From an uncultured bacterium (GTDB lineage Bacteria; Verrucomicrobiota; Verrucomicrobiia; Limisphaerales; UBA8199): a stretch of DNA of 64,000 bases. Numbering within the stretch: position 1 is the first letter of the stretch; the number at the start of each line of letters is the position of its first letter. The stretch is taken from the NCBI GenBank assembly GCA_963749495.1, contig CAVVMW010000004.1, positions 480,001 through 544,000 on the forward strand, given 5' to 3'. Positions 10,665 through 22,599 of this stretch are shown here, piece after piece. A program made the position numbers and the translations under genes. A model generated the notes under the pieces. The model ran no database searches and was not told the origin of the DNA. It worked only from the letters and a program-made list of their open reading frames with translations.

Positions 10665-12626
10665 TTACTGTCCGGCCCACGCCGGATTGGACCAAGGCAA
10701 CGTGCCATTTGTGTTTGTTGCACGAACGCGGTACGTCGAGCGATTGGCGTCTGACGACTTTTCGGAGAACTCGGCCACCGGGGCGGTTACCTCGCCTACT
10801 CGACGCCATGGTTTGAAGTCATCGGAACGCGCCACTTCGAACCTGAGCGCGCCGGGGCTTGGTTTCCAATGGAGCTTGACTTGCTCCCCGCTGCGTTCCG
10901 CCACCAACTCACCGGGAGTCTGCGGCATCTCGGACCAGTCCAGAAAGCTTGCGTCGGCCACGGCCATCACACTGTCCTTCAGCGGCACTTTCACCGTCCG
11001 CTTGGCCTTGTCATTCCAGCGCAGTTCCCGGACATCCCCGGTCCGAATGTCCATCAGCACAGGCCGCGTGATGCTCCTGTCGGCGACAATCATTTCCGTG
11101 CTCACCGGCTTCAAGTCGTCTTTCGGGTCCGCCGGAATCGCGAGCCAATATGCGAAGACTCGACGCCCCGTGGCGCGGTCACGAAACCAAAAGCTCCGAA
11201 GTTGGCCACCCGCATACTGCTTCACCGGTTTGAGCGCGTCTTCGCCACCTGGGTCACGAACGGTCTGTCCGAACACCGCTGAGAGGTACTGGAATGCGAA
11301 GAACGCCTCACGCGGCTGGAACGCATCCGGACCTTGGGTATCGCCCTCCAGAATGCCCATCAAGTTGTCTTCGTTGCCATCGGTGGCGGGCATGAACACC
11401 CAGATCATGCCCCTGATGTTGTGGGCTAACTGTTCCAGGCAGAAGCGCGGGAGATAGCGCGCCTGCACGGATTGATTTGAACCTTTCGCCTTCGGGCAGA
11501 CGTTCCATTCGTTGAGCCAGAACTCGATATCCGGGCGGATTCCAGGAATAGACAAAACTCCCTTGCGGAAGTCAGCGCCTCCGTGAACCGGATCGATCTC
11601 CTCCGGAGGCCGGCCGACTCCAAACGGGCCGTCGCCGGGGTAGCTGTGGTAGGCCATGATGTCGATCTTTTCCGCGCAGCCCGTGAGGGCGTTCACGGCA
11701 AATTCAAGATCCGGGCCCGCCAGCCCGCCGAACATGACCTTGGCGTCCGGATCGGTTGCGTGCACGGCGTCCGCGAACCGGCTGAGAACGCGGCCATACC
11801 ATTTCGCTCTCTCCTTCTTTTCTATTTCCGGCCGCCAGTAGCCGATGTTTTCTTCATTCCAGAGCTCCCAGTGGTTGATTCGTCCCTTATAGCGGCCGAC
11901 CATGAAGCGAACGTAACCGAGGAAGGCCTCAATTTGCTCGTCTGTCTTGGGGGCAAGGAAAATTGGGTTCACCGGGTTATCGCCCGGCCCAATTCCGGGC
12001 GGCGGAAGGGTAACGCGCTCCGGACGCTTCGGCCTGTCTTCGGCATAGAGCGGGTTCGAGTATTGCAGTTCGGCCTCGATGGATACGCCGTTGTCCAGCA
12101 GGGAACGCACCGCCTCGTCGGCATCCTCCGGAACGGCGTAGTGCCCGGGCGTCTGTTCCACCCAGTCCCAACTGATCTGCTCCGAAGAATTCTCGTATTG
12201 GCCGATCCTGACCCACTTGGCACCTGAGTCAAAGAGAGGTGTCCACGTCTTTGTCCACGGCATCCGGGGCCGCCGGGGCAGATTAAGGTTCACGCCAAAC
12301 CCATCGAGCAACTGTGTGGAGCTGCGCCTGGGAATCTTTGAGGGAACAAAAACGCCCGCGATGTTCTCCATGGCCGCGCCTGGCTTTGGCGGCAAGATCA
12401 CGTGGATGGAACTTACGGCTTTGGCCGAGCCTTGCGCTTCCCCACCCGGCATCGGCCGGGCAACTGACCGGGTTGGAATCTCGATGATCACGGGATGGTC
12501 GCTCAAGGTCAACGGAACCAAGCCAATCACTGCGGAGACGAGCAGGAACGGCAGGGATAGGAGATTGCAGATGGAGGAGGCAGGAGTCATCGGTTTTGCG
12601 ATCATAGATTTGTTCGTTCCAAACAT
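10665..12626 (-). CDS. Exported clan GH-A glycoside hydrolase (GH5/GH39-like) with C-terminal FN3-like domain
   Basis: HWELWNEEN (acid/base), AYHSY, FWLNEWN (nucleophile); C-terminal VKLHW...YRVRATN...SNP. Start uncertain. Confidence 0.7.
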   Translation of the reverse strand: MFGTNKSMIAKPMTPASSICNLLSLPFLLVSAVIGLVPLTLSDHPVIIEIPTRSVARPMPGGEAQGSAKAVSSIHVILPPKPGAAMENIAGVFVPSKIPRRSSTQLLDGFGVNLNLPRRPRMPWTKTWTPLFDSGAKWVRIGQYENSSEQISWDWVEQTPGHYAVPEDADEAVRSLLDNGVSIEAELQYSNPLYAEDRPKRPERVTLPPPGIGPGDNPVNPIFLAPKTDEQIEAFLGYVRFMVGRYKGRINHWELWNEENIGYWRPEIEKKERAKWYGRVLSRFADAVHATDPDAKVMFGGLAGPDLEFAVNALTGCAEKIDIMAYHSYPGDGPFGVGRPPEEIDPVHGGADFRKGVLSIPGIRPDIEFWLNEWNVCPKAKGSNQSVQARYLPRFCLEQLAHNIRGMIWVFMPATDGNEDNLMGILEGDTQGPDAFQPREAFFAFQYLSAVFGQTVRDPGGEDALKPVKQYAGGQLRSFWFRDRATGRRVFAYWLAIPADPKDDLKPVSTEMIVADRSITRPVLMDIRTGDVRELRWNDKAKRTVKVPLKDSVMAVADASFLDWSEMPQTPGELVAERSGEQVKLHWKPSPGALRFEVARSDDFKPWRRVGEVTAPVAEFSEKSSDANRSTYRVRATNTNGTLPWSNPAWAGQ

Positions 12627-12655
12627 GCTCACGCGGTTTTGCCCCCTCCCGCACC

Positions 12656-13057
12656 CTACTTCAGGAAATAGATCTCCTTCATGTCCGCCCAGATTTTGCC
12701 CGCGGCGGCGGCGTCCGGGAGCGGCGACTGGCACGGGTCGGTTTGTTTCCACCACCGCTGCGTTTCCGGATCGGCGGCCATTCGTTTCATGTCGGCCTCA
12801 AAATTAGTGCCGGCGTATTCCAGGTAGGCAAAGAGGTATAGCTTGCCCTCAATCTCGCGCTCGTGGATCGAAAAGTTCCGGATGTGGCAGGCCTTAATCA
12901 TCTTGTTGACACCCGGCCACGGGTTGGCGTGGAGCTGCCGGTAGCAGGCGGCCTTATCAGGCTTGAGCCCCGTAATCCAGGCGTAACGCTGCGGGGCTTT
13001 GTGTGTCGCGCAGCCGCTCAGAAAGGCGACGGCAAACAGGGTGCAGAGGTGTTTCAT
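12656..13057 (-). CDS. rhaM: L-rhamnose mutarotase family protein with lipoprotein signal
   Basis: YRQLHANPWP, IRNFSI, LFAYLEY, ADPETQRWW motifs; N-terminus MKHLCTLFAVAFLSG-C (lipobox). Confidence 0.8.
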   Translation of the reverse strand: MKHLCTLFAVAFLSGCATHKAPQRYAWITGLKPDKAACYRQLHANPWPGVNKMIKACHIRNFSIHEREIEGKLYLFAYLEYAGTNFEADMKRMAADPETQRWWKQTDPCQSPLPDAAAAGKIWADMKEIYFLK

Positions 13058-13091
13058 GGCCGGGAATTGAGCTTCGGAATTCGATGAATCA

Positions 13092-15891
13092 TCAATATAT
13101 GACCTGGACATTTACGTTTCCCGTCAGGTCGTGCAACTTCACGACTTCCCTGGCCGGGTCCCAGTCCAGGTAATCCTGGCCGTTGACCCTCACGCCTCTG
13201 ATCGGGGTGGTCCTGGGATGCCGCAGCCGCAACCATACCTGCCTGGCCGCATGGCGAGAGGGCATCCTGAGCGTGGCCGTGACCCTGCCGTGGTCCACGT
13301 CGGAGGTGATCTCGAAATCAACTGTCCCAAAGTATGTCGGGGCGTTCTTCACTGAAATTCTCCTGCCCTGTTCCAGCCAAAGCCGAGGCGTGGCGCGGGC
13401 CAGCCAGAGGTCCGGGCCATCCTCCCACACCAGCAGGCTGCGGAAACGCTCCAGAAACGCGGCTTCTTCGAAGATCTTGTCCGGTGGGCCATGAGTGGCG
13501 TGTTCGTTGAAGACGTAGCCTTGGCCCGGAACGATATCGATCGCATAACAGTTTAGAAATGAACGGAGGAAGCACGGGATGTCATCACCCGCCAAATGCA
13601 GGTTGGCGGTGCGCTCCAGTCCGCCCTGGTGCTGCCAGCCGGCCAGGAACCAGTCCCGTTGACCGACCCTCGGATTCTCCAGCAGCAACCGGTCCTCCAG
13701 CACATCGAGATACCCCTGGACCCGCGCATCGTTCGGTGACAGGAGGCCCGCCGGGCTGATCAGCGCGGCCGCCGACTGGACCGTGTCCCAATACAGGGGT
13801 CCTACATGCTCGCCGGAGCCATCCCGTTGCCAGCCCCACGGGCCCGTGGCCAATCCGCGCACGTAACAAGCGAAGGGAATCACCGAATGGAACGTGCCAT
13901 CGCGCACCGGAACCACCGGGGAGAGCGCGATGGACCGATCTACGGCCGCCCGCAGGTCCTGCCCATAAGCGTCCGCCTCCGCCCGGAGTTTGGCCCCGCC
14001 CTCGGGATCGATCTCGCCCAGCGTGGCCGCCAGACGCGAGACCGCCGCCCAATAGTAGCCCTCGCACTCGTAGAACTGCATCCATAAGCCGCCGCTGTCC
14101 GGAGTCACTTGCAGCGCCGGCTGCAAGCCCTTGCACCAGAGGCGATCGCCCCCCGGAACCAGGCTTGAGACCACTCGACGTTGACGCAGCATCCACTCGG
14201 CGTTGGCCTTGATCCGCGGCGCGGAGGCTCTCAGCCACTCGGTATCGCCGGTCATCCAATAGTGTTCGGTCAGGGCCCAACCAATGGAGCCGGGGCCGAA
14301 GGCATGAACGCCATCCATGTGGCCGCCCGCTCCCGGGGGACCGACGGCGTGCGTCAGGCATCCGTGGCCTTCGGTGAACAGTCCGTTGGGCCGGTCCGGC
14401 AGCGCCCACTCGTGATGACCGGCTGAACTGGAACTGGGATCCATCGGCAGCGACACCCACTGGTCAAATCCGTCTTCGGCAGCCTGGTGCGAGCCCATCA
14501 CGTCCAGCACTCTCAGGATGAGATAGGTTTCGGCGCCCAGAATGCCGTAGGGATAGTCGTTAAACCATCGCCGGCCATTCTTCGGGTTCTTTTGGCTATG
14601 TCGCAGGAGATGCCAGACTCCCAGGTTCCATTGGGCCGTCAGCCGCTCCGAGGGGACCTGCACCCGCATGGGCGGCTCGAATCCCTCCGGGGGCGCCGGG
14701 TGAGGCGGCAGTTCAGTGCCGCGCATCGCCGTCACGGCGCCCTCCCAGGTCTGTTCTTCATGCGACCGGATCTGCTGGCGGACGGTGCTCAGCTTCCTGG
14801 CCTGGAGTTCCGTGATAAATTCCCGGGCGCTGGCGGCCTGCGAAGCCAGCACCAGGGGAGGTTGCGCGGGAATAACCGGCGGAGGGACCGCCGCCAGCGG
14901 CGTTGTCCGACGGACGAAGAATCCGTGCTCGGGCGCCAGGACCGGTCCGTTCTCCAGGTCCGCCGCCAGGAACGAGAAGTTGCCGCCCTTAGTCCACAAG
15001 GTCACGATGGTGCGGGCCACGTCGTCCCGTTGGCTGGTATAGGGCAGCACCCGCCGCCATTTCGCAGTGCCGATGTAGAGCACGCTGGCCTTCAAACCTC
15101 GGCGGGCGGGGCTCTTGCCAACCGAACGCCACGAAGTCGAGTCGGCGGCCGTGGTGCTAACGTCCCCCTCCAGGGGACGAAGCCCGGCCACCCTGCCATC
15201 GGTACGTTTCGATCCGTCCGCTGTAATCCTTGTCCAGCGTGGCCCGGTCGAACCCCCATTCGATCTCCAGGTCCATCTTCTTCCAGACATCCGCCACCAA
15301 CACCTTCACCGCCGGCACGTCATATTCCGAGGCGCTCTTGCCGCCGGCGACACTGACCACGATGCCGCAGGTCTCTGTGGGCAGGTCATAGAGGCAGGTT
15401 CTGCCATCGGCAGACAGAGTCGCTTTGACCGGCTTCGGCACTGCGTCCAAGTTGTTCCACCACGAACTGGAGCTGCCTTTGTTGTCCAAGGTCGTGATGG
15501 CTACCTCGTTCGGTTCAGGCCGGCGTTTGAGGCCGGCGGACCACGTCAACTCGATGCGCTGCACCGGGCGGATTTCCTCCCACAACAAACCGCAAAGGAC
15601 CTGCTTGATCGCGGGAGCATTCACGCTTACGGGTTTGTTCAGCGCCTGGTGAGCAGACCACATCAGGGCCAGCCAACTCTCAGGCGGGTTGTCCTCGGGC
15701 ATTCGATCGGCACGGTATTGATAGGCGCTCGGCGCTATATCGGCGCACGTGCCAACCAACGAGCCGAAGTCCTCAGGCGGTGAAGGGGCCGTGGCAGGCC
15801 GTCCCAGCTCGGCCGCGGCAGCGGCCGCAACGCCGACGGTGGCGAGCACGCTGCCGGCCACCAGCAGACACAATCGGACAAGAGGTCTCAT
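13092..15891 (-). CDS. Large exported protein, probable (alpha/alpha)6-barrel glycoside hydrolase; frameshift near 15200
   Basis: ORF 15157-15891 (signal peptide) continues into 13092-15290 (YSGRIETY>DGRVAGL). EHYWMTGDTEWL, LWLARATPRLWL, NAPTYFG are typical of six-hairpin glycosidase-like proteins. Confidence 0.6.
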
Positions 15892-15988
15892 TCACGAGCA
15901 AACCTGCGCTTGAGCGCCTTCCGCGTCAACGCTGATTCCAGCCGGCCGGCGAGGCCTCAGGGAAGGCTGGAGCGGCACTCCGGGCCGA

Positions 15989-16121
15989 CCCCTCACCCCG
16001 GCCCTCTCCCCATCGGACGGACCGGAGCGCCGACCTCCAGTCGGCTTAGGACGTCCAGCTTCCACAGCGGTCCGACAGAGGGGATGGTGGGCACAAAGCC
16101 GACTAAAAGTCGGCGCTCCGG
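15989..16121. repeat. Two adjacent repeat families
   Basis: Partial CCCCTCACCCCGGCCCTCTCCCCATCGGA copy (15989-16020), then the inverted pair CCGGAGCGCCGACCTCCAGTCGGCTT / AAGCCGACTAAAAGTCGGCGCTCCGG (16022-16121). Confidence 0.75.
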
Positions 16122-16129
16122 GGGCACTG

Positions 16130-17520
16130 TCAGGGTGCGCCCATGGGCTGGTGCCACAGTGATTGCCAGTAGCGGCGGTCCGTGTCATAGACATCGATGG
16201 GATCCTGCAACTGGTGGCTGGGCGGGAGGATGCCGTAACGCTTCATTTCCCGGATGTATTCTGGTTCGGGACGAAAGTAGGGCATGTTGAAGCGGGTAAT
16301 GGATTCCAGGCGGGCTTTGGCTTCCCGGATCCCGGCCAAAAGCGCTTGGTAATCGGCGTCATCTGTGCTCGCGAAAACATCGCCACAAATCCCGTAGCCG
16401 CCAGCGGACTTGGCCAGCGGCGCCAGCAGTTGCAGGGACTTTTCCGGGCGGGACAGGTTGTAGAGGATATGCTCGGAGAATTGCATCCGCGGGTCGGCGT
16501 ACTGCTTCATCCACTGGAGCGAACCGGGGCGGAGCGAACCGGTAACTTTCACCCAGGGCGGATCCCAGAAACGCGGTTGGCCGCCGCCGTATTGCAAATG
16601 GTGCAGGGGCAAACCCAGGTTATCCACCGGCGAGTTGGGGAGTTGCCGCTCTGCCTGGTGACAGGAGGCACACCGGTGATCCAGGGCTGCTTTGGCCCCT
16701 TTCAATCCGGGCCAGCTCAGGCAATCAACTTTGGGTTTGGTGCCGTATTGCAGGGCGGCGTACGGGCCGAGCATGCCGCCGCCCAGGGCGGCGTAGGTTC
16801 CCGGAAAGGTGGCGCCGGCATCAATCCAGAGCTTGACCATCCTCAGTTCCAGCCAGGCCAGTTTCACCCCGTAATGGGACTCCTGACACTTATCCATTCA
16901 CCGGCTTGGGCAGGTTTTCCAAAATCAGCAGTTTCTTGATGGCGCCGCGTTTAACGCCCTTCAGGTTGCGGCCTTGATAAATGTCCAGCACGATGAGTTG
17001 CCCGGTGGTCGCATCGGCCAGGTTGATTCTCGAAGGGATGACCGGCTCGCGCGGCCTGGGCTGCAGGGGACGAGGTTCGTGCAGCCAATTGCCTCCGGCA
17101 GCCAACTCTCCCGCCAACCGGTAAAGCTCCCGCGTCTGGCCCTGCTCATCCATCAGCAGCAGCTTGGGTCCCTGCGCCACCAATTGCCGTAATACACCAT
17201 CTGGCCGGAGCCGTCCGGGTTCATAACCCAGAGATGGTGGAAATGCTCCCGGGACCGGTCCACATATTCCCAGCGGGTGTAGAGGATGCGGCCATCGGGC
17301 AGCATCCAGGGGGTGTTGTCCTGCTCAATGTTCGAGGAAAGCGGGCGGATGTTTTTCCCGTCGCCGTTGCACCGGTGCAGGTTGGCCACTTGAACGTACC
17401 AGCACGGCACAAACCGCTTGCAGCGGCTGGAACAAAATACCAACCAGTTTCACCACGTCCCCGTTGGCCATCATTTGGATTTCCCCGGATTCGCTTCTTG
17501 AGCAGGAGCGCCCAGTCGAG
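16130..17520 (-). pseudogene. Fragmented hydrazine-synthase-alpha-like (propeller + CxxCH) protein
   Basis: Pieces: VFCSSRCKRFVPCW...LPDGRILYTRWEYVDR...WVMNPDG; DIYQGRN...IKKLLILE; RCASCH heme motif and NLSRPEKSLQLLAPLA. The segments between them are missing. Confidence 0.7.
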
Positions 17521-18306
17521 CCCTCCGGGAGTGTTGGGCGAGGTCATGGTCCATTTCCAGGTGCCGGCGGCCTTAGCGGCCTGATCGCGTTTGGCTTCCC
17601 AATCGCGAGCGCGGGTCTGGTCGCCGAAGGTCATCTCGGTTTTGCCTTTGATGGTGTCGCCGCTGAGCTTGCCCTGATACTTCGCCGTGAATTTCTGCCC
17701 ATCTCGCTCGCGGGTGACGCTAAAGGAAATCTCATCGCCGCTCAGTTTGCCGTCCTGGATTTCGGCTTCGCCCATGCGGCCGTTCAGAGTGCCCGTCAAT
17801 TTCTCTCCCGCTTGCTGGAGTTTCAGCTTCGATTCGAAGGTGTCGCCAGATTGAGTCGTGACACTCCACTTCCAGGCGCCGGCAGCGCTGACGGGCGGCT
17901 TCTCCCGCTTGGCCTCCCAATCGCGAGAGCGGGTCTGGCCATTGCGTTCGGTCTCGATCGTGCCCTTGACCGTGTTGCCGCTCAATTTGCCCTGGTATTT
18001 AGCGGTCGTGGTTTGGCCGTTGCGCTCGCGCGTAACGCTGAAGGAGATGGCATCGCCCTCGACCTTGCCGGATTGGATGGCCGTCTCGTTCCCGTTCGCG
18101 CCGATGATGGCCCCCGTGAGTTTGTCTCCGCTTTGTGCCAGCTTGAGGACTGTTTCTGTGGTCTGGCCGTTCCGGCCGGACATCGTCCATTTCCACGTGC
18201 CGGTCGCGTCGGACTTGCCGTCAGCGGCCCACATGCTGAGGTTGGCACCGAGTGCCACGAGGACGATGGTCGCTGCTTTGAGCCATTGGAAGGAGGATAA
18301 CTTCAT
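17221..18306 (-). CDS. Exported protein with tandem ~105-aa beta repeats; third repeat truncated and fused to the next remnant
   Basis: Signal peptide MKLSSFQWLK; GxWKW...LKLxQxGxKLTG...ISFSVTRER...KYQGKLSG...RDWEAKR twice; the third copy breaks after GTWKWTMT (~17545). Confidence 0.75.
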   Translation of the reverse strand: MKLSSFQWLKAATIVLVALGANLSMWAADGKSDATGTWKWTMSGRNGQTTETVLKLAQSGDKLTGAIIGANGNETAIQSGKVEGDAISFSVTRERNGQTTTAKYQGKLSGNTVKGTIETERNGQTRSRDWEAKREKPPVSAAGAWKWSVTTQSGDTFESKLKLQQAGEKLTGTLNGRMGEAEIQDGKLSGDEISFSVTRERDGQKFTAKYQGKLSGDTIKGKTEMTFGDQTRARDWEAKRDQAAKAAGTWKWTMTSPNTPGGLDWALLLKKRIRGNPNDGQRGRGETGWYFVPAAASGLCRAGTFKWPTCTGATATGKTSARFPRTLSRTTPPGCCPMAASSTPAGNMWTGPGSISTISGL

Positions 18307-18412
18307 AAAATGCCTATTGGGTTCTGGTTCATGGACACCGTCCATTCAAAGGCCTGCCAGGACGTAAGGCAAGCGCAAAAGATTACCCTGGCTATCCCGG
18401 GGGGCGCCCGAC

Positions 18413-18609
18413 AGAATTTTTCGGGTGCAGGATGGAACCGGCGGTGCGCGTTCGAGACGCCAAAGGCGTCGTTCATACCAGCCCAGGGCCTCTCCGGAAA
18501 CAGCAGAATCATTTTTGGCAAAATCATAGCAGAGATTCTCCCAAGCGTGATTTTGGCCCGTACCCTCCTCCGGATGATTTTGCCACCCATGATTTTGCCT
18601 TCATCCCGC
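18413..18609. repeat. Fused dispersed repeats
   Basis: 18413-18489 resembles 7359-7435; 18486-18609 is nearly identical to 35336-35459 (124 bp with recurring TGATTTTG). Confidence 0.85.
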
Positions 18610-18754
18610 CTATCTCTCACGAGGCTGGGGAAACTGCGTGCTTTCCGAGTGACTGCGTTGGGATCTGCCGTACGGTCCAATCCCCGCATCCATTTTTCTG
18701 TTCCGCTGCCCGCCGAGCGGTTATCCTTGGCGCGTCGTGAAAAAGCAGCTTCCT

Positions 18755-20230
18755 ATGAATTCCTTCCTTGCGACGTTCGCTTGTCTTCTGATTGTGGCCT
18801 CCGCGTCCGCCGGCCAGGTTCCTGCTTCTCCAGTCATTCATCGGACCGTCAACCTCCGGATTGACGAGGCGCAGGACGTGACTCTCTCCGACGGAAAGAC
18901 GGTTCATGTCAAGCTCCTGGACCTCCAGGAACGCCACGATGAGGTCAATGGCGCCGTCCGGCAGGCCGTGGTCCGAGTCGAGGTGGACGGGCAGGTCACG
19001 AACCTCACGAGCGGGACCTACCGTTTGCCGGCGACCTTCGGGAGCGTGCAGATCGATTGTCCGATCACCAAGGGCTACCTCGAGAAGAGCGCCTTCCACA
19101 ACCCCTGGGGACTGCTCAAGGACGCGCGCCTGAGACTGTGGCCTGCTGGTTCTCCGTGGATCGTCCCGGGCACCTTTGTTTACCCCGCCAGGCAGCGGTG
19201 GTTCGCGAGCTTCACGCAGATGGCCAACGAGCCGGTCTATGTGGATGGGGGCGACCTGCCCGCGAAAAAGGAGATCTACTATCACTACGGACTGGACATG
19301 GGCGGCTCCGAAGGGCTGGTCAATGTGGTGTCGGCCACCGAGGGCATTGTCACTTCCTCCGGAAACGACGTGCTGGCCGGCCAGGCGCCGGATGTCCCGG
19401 GGGAACGCCGCTACAACGTCGTTTATATTCTCGATGCCCGGGGCTGGTATTACCGGTATAGCCATCTGAAGTTCATCGAACCCGGCGGCCCGGCCGGGCG
19501 CACGGATTGCCCTGGGCCAAAAGCTCGGAGTGCTGGGCAAGGAAGGGGGCAGTGGCGGCTGGTCCCATCTGCATTTCGATATTTCGGCCCATCAGCCTTC
19601 CGGGCTATGGGGCATCGAAGAGGGGTATGCCTTTCTCTGGCAGGCATATCAGCAGGAACATCCGCGCGAACTGGTCGCCGTGGCCCGGCCCCATGCCCTG
19701 GTGTGGGCGGGCCAGACGGTCACGCTGGACGGTTCGCGTTCACGCGGGCAGGGTCTGCGCCATGAGTGGACGTTCACCGAGGGGGAAGCTCGAGCGGGGA
19801 GCGAGTCGAGCGCACATACAACACGCCGGGCACTTATTGCGAAATCCTCAAGGTCACGGACGCGGCGGGCCGGGTGGATTATGATTTCATGGCCGTCCAG
19901 GTAATCAACCGTGCCCATCCAGACCAGCCCCCGCCCACGATTCACGCCAACTATGCGCCGACGTTCGGAATCCGGCCGGGTGCTCCGGTGGTTTTCAAAG
20001 TCCGCACGTTCCGGGACAAGGTGGGGGGAGAGACCTGGGATTTCGGTGACGGCACGCCTGCGTTCAGCGTGAAATCGGACGCCAATGCGGACCGCCACGC
20101 TCCCAACGGCTACGCCGAGGCGCGGCATGTGTATGCCAAGCCCGGTCATTACCTGGTGAGCGTGGAACACGTCAGTGCCGAAGGCATTCGGGCGGTGGCT
20201 CGATTACAGGTGCGAGTGGGGAACGAGTGA
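18755..20230 (+). CDS. M23 family peptidase with PKD domains; frameshifts near 19480-19500 and 19790
   Basis: Signal peptide; HYGLD, YSHL, HLHF zinc motifs; PKD motifs VTLDGSRS...WTF, YNTPGTY, WDFGDG, YAKPGHY. Confidence 0.8.
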
Positions 20231-20478
20231 TCGGCGAGTTCTTCCGGCTGTATTTTGGCGCTGCCGGAGAGCCGATGAAGCGTTTCTACCTGCGTCTGGA
20301 GGAAATCGCCTGCGATCCGTGTGCCTGTGATAACCGGTTTGCCGACAAACAGCGCCGGGCCAGCGTCGAGGAAGTCTCGCCTGCTCATAAGCCCGGGCAG
20401 CCCGCGCAAGCCATGTCCTTCCAAAGGTTGCGCCGGCGCCGAAACTCGGTCTGCCACCGGGTCAACAGGTTTGCGTAA
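20227..20478 (+). pseudogene. Short internal fragment of a larger protein (DUF4838-like C-terminal region)
   Basis: IGEFFRLYFGAAGEPMKRFYLRLEEIA resembles an internal helical segment; the rest is degenerate. Confidence 0.4.
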
Positions 20479-20659
20479 GTGGCGGGATTCCCAATCGCAC
20501 AGTAATCGGCTCGACAGTAGCTGATGAGCGCCATGTTCAGGGTCTCAGCAAAAACAGCAACCAGCGTCACCGTCAGGCCGCCCCTGCCCATGGCTTTCAC
20601 CCAATCGCCTGCGCTTGTCCCATACAGGATTCCTCCTCTCACGAATACGGGCGTGATGG

Positions 20660-22446
20660 CTATTTCCCAATCTGCATCAGCAGCCAGGCGGACAGGATCA
20701 GCAGGCCGACCGCGGCCCAGGCCAGGAGAAAGCCAAAAAAGTCTTCGCGGTAGCAACGGAAGAAGCCGCGCCAGCGCGCGGCGGTAAACCAGGCGCCGAC
20801 ATCGAGCAGGAGCAACTCCTGGCCACGGTCGGCGGCCAACGGTTTGGATTGGCCGTTAGGCAGGTCTTCCCGATCGGTCGAGCGCCGCATCCGGTCGAAG
20901 AATGTCTCCAGCCGCGCGCTGTCCTCGGGTTTGGTCAGCAGGCTGACAATGATCAGGGTTGAGAAGCTCAACAGCATGGCGAATCCGAACGGCCCCGGCA
21001 GCCACTTATAGACCAGCATCCATTGGCCGGTTTGGAGATGGGCCCACCAATCGCCGGAGGCGAAGAGGCGCGCGAAGGCGAGGGAAAGATCGACCGGCCG
21101 GGCCGCGGTGCCCGGCGCGCAGGTGGTGAGGTAAAGCGCCCCATAGTAGCTCAGGAACGCGACGATGGTGGCTGCGCCGGCGCCGAAGCGATTGGCGCGC
21201 CGCCAAAGGATGCCCCCGAGGAACATTACGCCAAAGAGAGCGGCAAGGGTTTCCATGAAGAGGAAGGCCTGGAGGACGTTCCCGACCATCAACGCGAACA
21301 GGATGGCGGCGGTGGTCAGGACCAGGCCACTGAGCCGGCCGGCCCAGAGCAACTGCCGGTCGTTGGCGGAAGGGTTGCCATAGGTGAGCCAGATGTTGCG
21401 GGTGAAGAGCGCGCCGCTGTTCACCATCAGGTTCGAGCAGGCAGACATGTTGGCAGCCAACACGCACGCGACCATTAACCCCACCCACCCGGGCCCGAGC
21501 AGTTCGCGGCTGGCGTAACCGAAGGCATGCTCGGCATCGGGCAACTTCACGCCGCGCTGGAAGACGAGCGTGGCGGCGATGAGGCCGGTGAGGGCCCAGC
21601 CGATGGTGCAGACGCGTTTGGTCATCGAGCCGTAGGTCTGGCCGATGCGGCCGGCGCGCTCAGTCGAGCCGGTGGCGCACATCGAGAGCATGTGCGGCTG
21701 GGCGGTGATGCCGACAAACCCGTTAATGGCGAGCATGGCGATGGTGAAGGCGTTCATGCCGCTGACGCTGCTGTAGAGGTTAAAGAAACCTCCGGCAAGG
21801 CCTTGCGCATGCCGGCAAATCCGCCCACCTCGCGCAAGCCCAGCGGGATGAGCATGAACGACAGGATGATGATGAGAAAACTCTGGACGAAGTCCGTGTA
21901 AGCCGAGGCGATCAGTCCGCCGAAGAAACTGTAGAGGAGAAAGGCCACGGTCATGACCAGGACCACGCCGTTGGGGGAGATCATCTGTCCCCCAGTGGCG
22001 ACGGAGATGACCTTGCCGGCACCCTTGAGCATGACGCCCTGGCTGAGGACGAAAGAGGCGATTCCGAAGAGGGTGTAGGCGAAGGCGAGTTTGCGGCCAT
22101 AGCGGTCCTCGATGATCTCCGCGACGGTCGTGCGCTCGCTGCGGCGATACCACGGGGCCATCAGCCAGTAGAGGGGCGTGATGAGCATGTTCTTCCACTG
22201 AAACCAGATGGTGGCGAAGCCGTGGTCGAAGGTCGCGCCCGCCTGCGCCACCGGCTGTTCCGCGTGGGTGCCCGTGCCGAAGGCCTGGCCAACCATCACC
22301 CACCACGGCAGTTTCCGTTCGCCGAGAAAGTAGCCCCCGCTGGTGCGGGTCTTGCGCGACAGCCACAAACCGAACGATGTGATGCCGATAAAATAACCGG
22401 CCAGCACCGCCCAATCCAACGCCCCGAAACTGGTTGCGTCATGCAC
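20660..22446 (-). CDS. Sodium:solute symporter (SSS) family; frameshift near 21790
   Basis: GTG start after GGAGA; LDWAVLAGYF, YFLGERKLPWW, EDRYG, YSFFGGLIASAYTDFVQ, LAANMS; many TM segments. Confidence 0.9.
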
Positions 22447-22599
22447 GTTGCGTTCTCCAAGGATCCCGGAAACCAAAGTCCCACCGCCACCCAGGCCTGT
22501 TCTGCGCTGCCGCGGACTTCGGTTTTCTGCATGAACCCGGCGCCAGATTACACGTTTGCGGGGCGGAGGCAAGGAACCACGTGGTTACCTGCTCAAGGG

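Noticed and set aside
16130..17520. Anammox hydrazine synthase
   Set aside because: Fragmented, no hzsB/hzsC, and this domain type is widespread in non-anammox PVC bacteria.
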